Shown: piece by piece, positions 26,548 through 37,629 of the stretch
Numbering within the stretch: the stretch's first letter is position 1
How the letters are laid out: each line of letters begins with the position of its first letter
Origin: Octopus sinensis
Taxonomy: Eukaryota
Direction: 5' to 3'
Length of the DNA stretch: 64,000 nucleotides
NCBI RefSeq assembly: GCF_006345805.1
Contig: NW_021833044.1
Coordinates: 1-64,000, forward strand
Position numbers and translations under genes: made by a program
The notes under the pieces: model-generated
Told to the model about the DNA's origin: nothing
Database searches by the model: none
The model's input: the letters and a program-made list of their open reading frames with translations, nothing else

Positions 26548-27600
26548 ATATACGGCTTACAATAAATACTAACCTGAAAAATGTAGATTTTTTAGATGTA
26601 AATTTTAATGTAAGGTCGGATAGATTTAAACCTTACCGTAAGCCCAATGACAAGCTATCGTATATTAGCAAAGATTCGAACCATCCGCCAGTTATACTTT
26701 GGAACTTAGTCAGCAATGTAGGTAGAAGAATATCTTCAATTTCATCGGATGAGGCAGCATTCCATAATGCTGCACCTTATTACGATAGCGCATTAAGGAA
26801 TGGTGGATTCTTTGCGAAGATCCAGTACAACCAGCTTAATGCTGGTAATAATGCTGCGCGAAGAACTAGGACCAGGAAAGTTTTGTGGTTCAACCCGGCT
26901 TTCAATTTGGCTGTAAAGACTAATATAGGTAAGGAATTTTAAAAATTAGTCTGTAGGCATTTTAAGCAGGACCATAAATTCTATAGAATATTTAATAGAA
27001 GAACCGTTAAGGTTAGCTATTCTTGTTGCAGAAATTTCGCCTCTTACATTAGCCAGCATAATAGGAATCTGATTGATATTAAGCATGGTGCTGATCCCCT
27101 TAAGAAATGCAATTTCCAAAATGAACCCTCCTGTCCGTTGGAAGGGAAATGTCTAGTAAAAGGGGTCGTTTATAGAGCCAATGTACAAATGGAAGGCTCA
27201 TCGGAATACAAGACCTATACAGGGGCTTCAGAAAATTCATTTAAAACGCGATTTTATTCGCATAAAAATTCATTTAGATACCCAGAAAATAGGAAGAGGA
27301 CCAGCCTAGCAAAATATGTCTGGGAACTAAAAGAAAAGGAAACCCCACCTTTCAACGTGACATGGAGCATTCTGGACAGAGCGGTACCATACAGACATGG
27401 AGCACACAAGAAAAATTTTAAGTGCAATATTGCTTGTTAGAGAAACTTTATATTTTATTCAAAGACAATAATTCTTTGAATCAAAGAAGTGAGCTGATGA
27501 ACTCATGCAAGCACGCAACCAAATTCAAAATGTCAAACATAAATATACCATATGGATAGAGTATATTTTGTCTTTTTGTATTTTTGAATATTGAAATTTT
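26548..27600 (+). pseudogene. PLE family A RT thumb, Cys linker and GIY-YIG remnant
   Basis: NVDFLDVNF...PYRKPND...SNHPP...VLWFNPAF...NIGKEF (stop)...TVKVSYSC; linker KCNFQNEPSCPLEGKC; GVVY...TYTG...FKTRFYSHK; frameshift near 27435; ends NQRSELMNSCKH. Confidence 0.92.
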
Positions 27601-27890
27601 GATTTTTGATTCTTGGACAAGTCTGTAAACGCACCGATGGATTTGTTTCGCGCTATGCAGATTTCATTCCGTATAGCAAAGTCTCGTGCATATATTTTGT
27701 TTATTTTGTTTATATTTCTACATATCCCTTAGGAAAAACCTTCGACTTAGTTTATTTCATGTTATTATATTGTATAGGCTTTCTTTGATATTTAATTTAT
27801 AGATGATCCGAAATAGGGTGTTATATTTTACATGTGTTCCGTATAATTTTTATTATTACGCTCACCATTTTTTAAAAAGCAATGTTGTCA
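26548..27890 (+). mobile_element. 5'-truncated Penelope-like element, family A (Naiad-type by motif resemblance)
   Basis: RT end and thumb, Cys linker, GIY-YIG and 3' UTR ending ACGCTCACCATTTTTT. Confidence 0.88.
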
Positions 27891-28594
27891 GAACCTAGGC
27901 ATTTTGATGTAAATATGTGTATAGCCAAGAATATGTATTTGTAAGCATACGTCTTTGTATATGTGTAAGTGAGAGTATGTTTGTACTTAAGCACATACAT
28001 ACACGATTGTATGTGTATGTATCCACTTGAACTTGTGTGTTTGCGTACTTATCTCTATATATGTCAGTATATGTGATTACACAGTTTGTATACATAATTT
28101 TTCTTCTTTCGTTTTTCCCTCCCCCCTTTTTTCTCTCTCTTCCCTTTTTTTCTCTCTCTTCTTTTCTTTCGTGTTTTCTCTCTCTTACTTTTCGTTATTT
28201 CTAGAGTCCTGTAACTTTACGTCCTCCCCTCCCTTACCCATGTCTTCAACTTTATATCGTAAATAAGAACGCCCCTTCCCCATCCATGATTTTAGCTTAT
28301 AGTCTTTATAGATACAGTGGTTTTGCGTGCGAACTAGATTGCGTATGCATATGTGTACATGCATTTGTGTGTATATTTTAGCTTTATATTTATACGTCTG
28401 TATATGTATGTGGTCCGCACGAATCTATCTGTGTATGTTGATGTACATATGTATAGTTTAATATGAATATGTACTGCCGTGTAATATTTTAATGCATTTT
28501 AACATTTTAATTTCAATTTCCATGTATTAATTATATTTCCTTTATTAATGACAATATGTATTTTATTCAATGTAAGGTTTTTCCTCGAATTTTA

Positions 28595-28644
<50 letters not shown>

Positions 28645-28647
28645 TAT

Positions 28648-28684
<37 letters not shown>

Positions 28685-28812
28685 TGAGCTCATTTTTGTT
28701 TATCGCTCGAAAATTGACCGTTATTTGTAAAGGATAAAATCAAACAAGTCCATTTTTAAAGGTGTAGCGTTATACTAGTCTGGATAGAATTGACATATCG
28801 GTTCTATTCTAG

Positions 28813-28862
28813 CAAAAACTGTCCGATGAACGGAAACGTGAAACTCAGAGTAACAGGTTTTG
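28813..28862 (+). ncRNA. Minimal type I hammerhead fold with CCGATGA core, in a ~255-bp island flanked by (TA)n
   Basis: Stem I CAAAA-a-CTGT/ACAG-g-TTTTG; core CCGATGA (28823-28829); stem II ACG-GAAA-CGT; GAAAC; stem III AC-TCAGA-GT; predicted GUA site at 28852. Confidence 0.8.
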
Positions 28863-28958
28863 TTGAATTTTCTGCTGCTTTAAATAAAGCATATTACTTT
28901 ACCACTGGTATTTGAGTACTCTTTTTTCCCACCTTGTTTCACATTTATGTGTTTACTC

Positions 28959-29006
<48 letters not shown>

Positions 29007-29332
29007 CATATATATATGTATATATATATATACATATATATACAATATATACATACATATATATACTTATACATGCATAATATATGGGACAAGAAATGAG
29101 GTTCCAAGCGGCAAAGGGCTTAGTGACATACAACCCAAATTAAAGATTGATGTCAGGACTATGTCGAAGACGTCCGCTACCTTGCGGATGAAGGTAAGCG
29201 ATTCGCAAGGAAACGGAATTCTACGGAAGTGAAAGAGGAGTCAACCAAGTGGAAAAGGGAGCTGTGATGGAAGCTAGAAGTAACGCAGCAGAGCGATTTT
29301 TCATGTGACCAGTATCTGGGCGCCATTTGGTG

Positions 29333-29485
29333 CATCTGACTTTGATCTTACATAGTGGCACACAAATGAAGAAAGTGCAAGGTTGGACATTATCAACCAC
29401 GATCCTCGACCAATAGTAACAACATCAGCAATACACACACACACTCTCTCTCACACACACGCACACACACACGGCACACACACAT

Positions 29486-29532
<47 letters not shown>

Positions 29533-29590
29533 GTTGCAGTATACTCACAACGTATATATTTATCCATGCCAATAGGACTCAAGGGCCAAC
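29333..29590 (-). repeat. Inverted duplication, right copy (partner 18331-18592)
   Basis: Identical ORF start MDIINHDPRPIVTTSAIH appears on opposite strands (18327-18542 minus, 29383-29712 plus). Confidence 0.95.
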
Positions 29591-29954
29591 ATCGGAGAAT
29601 GCACACTGGTTTGGGACCTTCCTCACGTCGGCTTTTGAGCGCAGTGACCCCACTCTCTAATGGGACGCCCCCTCCTCAGAATCGCCCGATTAGTATTCAA
29701 CTACACGTTTGACGCATATTGATAGCAGCAAAGTAGATATGATCCCTACTCATCACTTATTTTCTCAGGCCTGATAAGCATGGCTCTCATGTAATATGTT
29801 AATATATTAATAATCCTTAAGGTGGCGGCGAGCTGGAGGATTCGTTAGCAGCGCAGGAAAAAATCCTTTTCAACCGCTTTTACACCGTGAGTAATCGCTG
29901 ACCTTGTACTAAATTTTGAAACCAACTTTATATAATTCTTAGGCAGCTTGCAAG

Positions 29955-30115
29955 CCAAATCGTTAGCACACCGGGCAAGATGCTTAGCGGCATTTCGCCC
30001 TTCATCACATTCCTCCGATGTCGACATTGCAATTCATTCATTCGGGGTCGATGAAATAATTAACAGTTCAGCATTGGCATCGATGTAGTCGAACGGAACC
30101 CTCCCCGCCCCGAAA
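29955..30115 (+). mobile_element. Degenerate S2 SINE
   Basis: aatcgttagcacaccgggcaagatgcttagcggcatttcg...ttcggggtcgatgaaataa; an isolated head fragment lies at about 29823-29850. Confidence 0.65.
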
Positions 30116-30396
30116 TTTCTGACCTTTTACCAAAAGACTGGAATCAATATTACATAGTCCTTATTTATACTCATGATGTGATCAAACATATACAGCTGAA
30201 ACGAGCATAATGATGTAACAAATGTGATACCAACACGTTTACTGTTGGACTTACTGTACACAGACAAACACACATGCACACGCAGACACACACACATATA
30301 TACACACATACACACACACACATATATTTATATATATATACAATACACACACACGTACATAATACGTACACACCTGTGTATATACATACATACACG

Positions 30397-30447
<51 letters not shown>

Positions 30448-30856
30448 ATGCATGTATGTATGTATGTATGTAATTTTTTCTTTTGAGCTATTTATCATTA
30501 CTTCAACCAATATTTACATTATTTCATTTTTTTTCATATCCTAAAAAATAAAGTTGAAGTATATTCAGAGCTGCTGATACATAACGTTTATATAAATAAC
30601 TTGTACAGTTAATTCCATTGAAATTAAATTTTCATTTCATATACAAATGTTCAAAACGTCTTTTTAAAAAGTAAACACATTTCCAAAGTTAATAATATCC
30701 TGTGGCATCTATAATTCAGATTAAATCTTAAATTACAAATGCTACTTTATATATTATCCTGAACGAAGTGAGAGTTAAATTGTTGTAACGCTTGGGATTG
30801 TTTTAGAATGTGGTATAACTTTAATAAATTCGTTACGATCACATACATGTGCATAA

Positions 30857-31246
30857 TTTCTTTATTGCCCACAGGGGGCTAAACATAGAGGGGACAAACA
30901 AGGACAGACAAACGGATTAAGTCGATTATATTGACTCCAGTGCGTAACTAGTACTTATTTAATCGACCCCGAAAGGATGAAAGACAAAGTTGACCTCGGC
31001 GGAATTTGAACTCAGAACGTAACAGCAGATGAAATACCTATTCCTTTACTACCTACAAGGGGCTAAACACAGAGAGGACAAACAGGGACAGACAAACGGA
31101 TTAAGTCGATTATATCGACGTCCAGTGCGTAACTGGTACTTAGTTTATCGACCCCGAAAGGATGAAAGCAAGGTCGACCTCGGCGGAATTTGAACTCAGA
31201 AGTAGCAGCAGACGAAATACCGCTAAGCATTTCGCCCGGCGTGCTA
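30857..31246 (-). mobile_element. S2 SINE dimer
   Basis: Two tandem cores with a junction like that at 18135-18160. Confidence 0.88.
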
Positions 31247-31530
31247 GGGTGTACTGGGGTTGATCTAATCGACTGGTCCCTCCCCCAAAATGTCGGGCCT
31301 TGTGCCTAGAGTACAATAGAATATATGACGGAAATGTTAGCACGCCGGCCGAAATGCTTAGAAGTATTTCTTCTGCCTTTACCTTCTCAGTTCAAATTCC
31401 GCAGAGGTCGACTTTGTCTTTCATCCTTTCGGAGGTCGATAAATGAAGTACCAATGGCGTACTGGGGTCGATCTAATCGACTGACCCCTACCGCAAAATG
31501 TCGGGCCTTGTGCCTAAAATAGAAAAGAAT
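31247..31530 (+). mobile_element. S2 SINE 3' tail followed by a near-complete S2 copy
   Basis: ctggggtngatctaatcgactg...aaaatgtcgggccttgtgccta occurs twice; head gttagcacgccggccgaaatgcttag at about 31337. Confidence 0.85.
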
Positions 31531-31626
31531 ATATTGCAAAAGGGTGAAATTGTTTGAATGAGTGACAGAAGCCAAGACGTTTCTCTTTCCAGAGAGTAGT
31601 CATATAAATCTGTCCTTCATATGGGA

Positions 31627-32113
31627 AACTGTTGCATTGGTTCCAAATTTTGGTAACTGTCGCATTGGTTCCAAACAATGAAAACTGTTGCATTGGTTCC
31701 AAATTTTGGTAACTGTCGCATTGGTTCCAAATTTTGGAAACTTGCATTGATTCCAAACAATGAAAACTGTTGCATTGGTTCCAAATTTTGGTAACTGTCG
31801 CATTGGTTCCAAACATTGTAAACTGTTGCATTGGCTCCAAATTTTGATAACTGTCTCATTGGTTCCAAACAATGAAAACTGTTGCATTGGTTCCAAATTT
31901 TGATAACTGTCTCATTGGTTCCAAACATTGAAAACTGTTGCATTGGCTCCAAATTTTGTTAACTGTCGCATTGGTTCCAAAGATTAAAAACTGTTGCATT
32001 GGCTCCAAATTTTGTTAACTGTCTCATTGGCTCCAAACAATGAAAACTGTGGCATTGGCTCCAAATTTTGTTAACTGTCGCATTGGTTCCAAATATTGGT
32101 TCCAAATCTTGGT
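31627..32113. repeat. 28-bp minisatellite, about 17 units, alternating A/B monomers (56-bp dimer)
   Basis: A = AACTGTTGCATTGGTTCCAAATTTTGGT, B = AACTGTCGCATTGGTTCCAAACAATGAA; no unique spacers. Confidence 0.95.
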
Positions 32114-32114
32114 A

Positions 32115-32315
32115 AAAGGCCAGTAATATCCCGGGAAGGAAAGGAATGAGTTGGTTACATCGATCCGGGTTTTCAACTGGTACTTATTTTATCGACCTGG
32201 AAATGATGAAAGGCAAAGACCACTTTGGCGGAATTTGAACTCAGAACATAAAGACGGACAAAAAGCTGCTAAGCATCTTGCCTAGCACATTAATGATTCT
32301 GCCAGCTAACAACCT
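32115..32315 (-). mobile_element. Degenerate S2 SINE
   Basis: ctggtacttattttatcgacc...gatgaaaggcaaag...ggcggaatttgaactcagaac...gattctgccagc. Confidence 0.75.
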
Positions 32316-32626
32316 TACTGTTGCATAATTATTGAAGCCTATATCAAATATTAGTTTTAGCAATTATTTGTCATTGTTTCTATGCAACCGTCGTTTTTGT
32401 AAACAAGATATATTTTTGCAGGTAGAAACATTTCACCCAAAATTGTTTCTATTATTATTTAGAATGTAAAATCATTATATATATAAACTGGGTTGTTATT
32501 TGTAAAGATTGTGAAATACAAGACTCGTAAACAATTTTCAACGTGAATGAAGTGTGAACTATAAAGGATTTGATTTCTTTTCAAAACTAAGATTGCAGCT
32601 TTATATAAAAAGAAATATATATATGT

Positions 32627-32724
<98 letters not shown>

Positions 32725-32851
32725 GCCACACACACATATATATAGAATGAGAAAGAGAAAGAGAAAGAGAGAGTGATTGAAAAATAGGAGAGATGGAAAG
32801 ATAGAGAGACGGGTGTACATACACACAGTCATAAATATATATATGTATATG

Positions 32852-32889
<38 letters not shown>

Positions 32890-33499
32890 TATATATGTAT
32901 ATATATGTATATAGATATGTCCATATGCCTATGTATATATATGTATATAAATATGTCTATATGCCTATGTATATATATGTATGTAAATCTGTATGTATCT
33001 ACATATATGTATATGTAATGTTCATATGTATATGTACACATGGTACATCTTTTTTATCTTTATACACACACACACAAACACACACAAACACACACACACA
33101 CATACATATATATATATGAATGTATATGGATATATATATGTGTATATCTTTATATATACATATTTATATGTGTTTGTGTATGTATGGGTGTATATGTAAT
33201 CAAGAAATGAATTGAGGCGGTGTGGAGGGTTGCTACATTAGAATTGAGAAATGCGTACTGTGATCTCAATCGCGTCGCTTCAAAATGAATATTGGTTAAC
33301 ATATACAATGGAATGGACCCAAAGGAATAATCGAATACTTGACCATTTTTGATGATCAGATATATCCAGTATCCGGTCACTTGTTCTATGCAAACACACT
33401 ACTATATGCACATACACACCATACATTTATACATAGGTTTATGGGTATGTAGATTTACATACATACATACATCTGTATCTGTCTGTCTATCTATCTATG

Positions 33500-33538
<39 letters not shown>

Positions 33539-33596
33539 TTATCACTATATATATATACATGTATATATATATGTATATATATGTATATATATGTAA

Positions 33597-33650
<54 letters not shown>

Positions 33651-34867
33651 ATACATATATATATATACATATATATATATATATGTATATTTATATATAG
33701 GTATGTGTGCGTATGTATATATATATAATATATATGTGTGTGGTGTGTGTTGTGTGTGTGGTGTGTGTGCTTCTATATATTTATTAGGATGCATATCTTT
33801 AATACAGTTTTATGTGTGTGCGTGCAGAAATGTCATGGGTACGTAGGAGTATTGATATATGTTGTACTATGTTTATAGAGAGTCTACAGTTCGATCTATT
33901 GATAACATTAACGGTGGCACTGGAGTAGAACGAATTGCTTCTGCAAGTCTATCAAATAAATGGGATTTCTGAAAAAAAGACATTTTGCCAGGGAGAAAAA
34001 GAGAGAGAGAGAGAGGATGCGGTGAGAGAGACTCGCAGTCGACGGTTCTATATGTATCTGTGTAGTTATGTGTATATGTGTAGATATCTTGATATATACA
34101 TATATACATACGTACAAATATATATATGTGTGTTTATGTGCGCATACGCACAAGTTTCTCTATATAGGTGTTCGTAGGTTCTACTTTACATATGCGCTTG
34201 CATATATTTATACATACATTTGCGTATAAATATACTTAATATGTGTGAAAGTAAATATATTTATACGTGTATATATAAATACATACATATACATACGCAT
34301 ATATATATATATATAATATATATATATATAATATATATATATAAATAAATATATATATGTTGTGTGTATTTATATATACGTATATATATGTATATATATT
34401 GTATATATATATATATGTGTATTTATATATACGTATATATATGTATATATATGTGTGTTGTATATATACGTAGATATATATGTATATATATTATATATAT
34501 AATGAGTGCATGTGTTGTATATATATGTGTGTGTGTGTGCTTGTGTATCTATATATATATATAAGAATACATACATATATATATATGTATAAATATATAT
34601 ATGTAGACCGATAAACAGCTATACATATATACAATGTGTATCTAGATATATACATGTGTATATGTATGTCTATATGTATATACATATATATATATATAGA
34701 CATATATATATATATATATATGTATATACGTGTGTATGTATATCTATCTTTCTATCTATTTATATTTTATACAGTTGTGTATTTCATTGTTGTTGATGTT
34801 GTTAACTTTGAGGCTGAATTCGCTGACGACATTATTTTCGTTAATTTTAGTAGTAGTAGTAGTAGTA

Positions 34868-34905
<38 letters not shown>

Positions 34906-35049
34906 ATAGTAATAGCAGCAGTAGTGTTGAGATTGTAATTGCTTGTATTAGATAACTCTTGAGATGGAGATGTGGGAAGTCGACGTAAACCCCTCTAATA
35001 AACTTCGGGAGGAGTTGACTTCAGACAGACTTGAAAGAAAGCATTTAAG

Positions 35050-35096
<47 letters not shown>

Positions 35097-35240
35097 ATCT
35101 AACTATCTTTCTGTATGTCTGTCTATCTATTTATTTATCTGTTCGTCTGCCTATATATACACTTTCGCGTGCGCGTAGGTATACATATACATGCATACAT
35201 ACATATATATATATATACATATATATATATATTATAATAT

Positions 35241-35282
<42 letters not shown>

Positions 35283-35554
35283 ATATATATATATATATGT
35301 ATCTATCTATATATATATATATATATGTATGTTCCCCCAACATCGCTTGACAACCGATGCTAGGTGTTTACGTCGCCATATATGTATATATATATATATA
35401 TGTATATATTTGTATATACGTATATATATGTATATATATATATACAGATATATATATATATTTTTTTTTTTAAATATATATATATATACACATTCGTTTT
35501 CCAAGATTCTTGATATGAATACGTGTGTTAAAAGTTAAAACAGATATTGTATAT

Positions 35555-36164
35555 GGGGATGGTCAAGTTGCCAGTTTAGCCAATGAAAACACACACACAC
35601 CAAAATTTTGGTGTTCACTTGCTTCAGCTTTATTTCTTATTAATTGTATTTCGGCCAGAGTTCTTTCGTCACACTTCTGTAACCTCATTCATGGTCCTTT
35701 GCGCTCTTCATTCTTTTTTTTCTGTCTCTCCTTACTAACCGTCTGCCATTTTGTATTCCTGGTATATGTGTCTTTATTTGCGCATCCGTGTACCATTTTG
35801 TGTGTCTTTATTCGCGCATGCATATCCCTGTGTGTGTCAGTAATTGTGTGTGTGGCAATCTGTATGGTACCTGCATTATTAGTCTACCCTGTTTATTCAC
35901 GTTCGTTTAATTTACTTTTATTTATTTTATTCATTTCTTTTTATCTATTTACTTTTTCATTTCTTCCTTTTTTGTATCAATTTAATTTAATTTAATTTAT
36001 TGCATTTTGTTTAGGTATATAAATGACCACTGATGGTGTCACAGAAGTGTGACGAAAGAACTCTGGCCGAAATACAGTTAATATGAAATAAAACTGAAGC
36101 AAGTGAACACCAAATATACAGTGCGACTGTTTTCATTGTCTAAACTGGTAGCATGATCATCTCC
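35555..36164. repeat. Imperfect ~125-bp inverted repeat (35555-35680 and 36041-36164)
   Basis: ggtgttcacttgcttcag...gtatttcggccagagttctttcgtcacacttctgt is mirrored at 36041-36113. Confidence 0.9.
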
Positions 36165-36330
36165 AGCTACTACGCATTCTGTATTTTCTCTCCTTGTTTC
36201 TTTCTGTGGAAGAGCGTAGGCTCGAAACATTAATGCCTTTTTTACTTCCCGAACGTTAAACTAATACATTGTTTGTTGTCTACACCACCTGACCACCTGT
36301 CTTCGTCTTTTGTTTTGTTTTGTGAATTCT
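36025..36330 (+). mobile_element. Probable PLE-derived terminal repeat with two hammerhead-like motifs, ending in (TA)n
   Basis: CTGATGGT-GTCACA-GAAG-TGTGAC-GAAA-GAACTC at 36030-36063 and CTGTGGAAGAGCGTAGGCTCGAAAC near 36204; 3' half shared with 24275-24435. PLE origin is inference. Confidence 0.5.
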
Positions 36331-36332
36331 CC

Positions 36333-36389
<57 letters not shown>

Positions 36390-36653
36390 ACAGTGTTAGA
36401 TACATATAGATATGTATATTAAATGTGGCATTCATGCCTTCATATGTATGTAGTATGTATGTTTGTACAATGTTTTGTATCTATGTACTTCTATACACGC
36501 ACCGACAGACACACATACACACATAGACCTATACACTACGTTCTGGCTTTGTTCATGCATACAACTCATATCTACATATCTAGCTATTACGTTCTATATA
36601 TATATATTAATATATATATATGTATATAAATATATGTACTTACTTATAACAAT

Positions 36654-36689
<36 letters not shown>

Positions 36690-36952
36690 AGAAAGAAAGG
36701 GAGAAAGAGAGAGAGAGAGAGAGAGTACCAGAGAGACACAGATAGTGAGAGACAGAGAGATATATATATATATGTGCATATATATATATATATGTGTGTG
36801 TGTATGTATGTAAATATATATGTATGTATATACATATATATATATAAATATAGATGTAGATATATATATATATATATAAATATATATATATATAAAACAT
36901 TATTGGTGAATTGAAGAAATGGAGCTGAACGCAGATTGAACAGAAATCGTTT

Positions 36953-37046
36953 TATTTCATTCTACACGTGTTTCGAAAGGCACAAATTACCAAAATCCGA
37001 TTGAATAATGGGACCATATTGTGTCTTTCTCTTCAGGAAGAAAATA
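36953..37046 (-). ncRNA. Hammerhead ribozyme in the 3' terminal repeat of the PLE
   Basis: Canonical CTGAAGA core; stem II GAAAGACACAA/TTGTGCCTTTC (10 of 11 pairs); GAAAC; palindromic loopless stem III ACAC/GTGT; GUA site; stem I TATTTTCTTC/GAATGAAATA. Confidence 0.88.
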
Positions 37047-37629
37047 GGAAATCCGTTGGAAAAACAAAAACAGAACAGAGGCGGAGCAAAAAGAAATCGA
37101 ACTATGCTCCTAAGAGCCCATGGCGAAACTGTTTATCAGTGTATGTTGAGAACCGGTGGCTGAGGAATTCAACGGGTCAGGCATCGGTCAATCATGTGGG
37201 TGAGGGTGTGTAGATGTTCTTTGTGACCGAGAATAAAGTTCTGACTATTTAAGGAATATTGGATGTTTTATAAGGGGCGACAAAAAATCTACTTAGAGAC
37301 GTGTGTGTGTATATACTGTTCTATATATGTGTGTGTTGGCGTAGGGGTAGAAAACATTTTTTGTGTACGTGTGTGCGTTTGATCGTTCGGCTGTCAGTGG
37401 CTACTGCCGTGAGAACCGTGGGTGCAGAAAAAAAAAAATATATATTATGTTTTATGTGTGGTGTGTGTTCATCTAAGCCTGCTTGTCAAGGAAACCCCCG
37501 CTGTGAAAAAAACCAAGCCCCGGTTGTCTTACAGGAGTAATTCCCCTTGCAGTGGTTAATCGTAGATATCTTAAAGGCTATTTCAGAATTTGTTACCAAG
37601 GGCTATGGGTGCCGGTATTATTATAAACG

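Noticed and set aside
27090-27560. Selenocysteine recoding in the PLE proteins (reported for some Naiad-type elements)
   Set aside because: No in-frame TGA at conserved Cys positions in the family A or family B segments I translated; Cys codons are TGC/TGT or mutated to TTC.
27790-27850. Possible hammerhead in the family A 3' UTR (AGATGA-TCC-GAAATA-GGG)
   Set aside because: GAAAC and the cleavage triplet are missing; too decayed to call.
31627-32113. 28-bp repeats as a CRISPR array
   Set aside because: Units are contiguous with no unique spacers, no cas genes, eukaryotic context.
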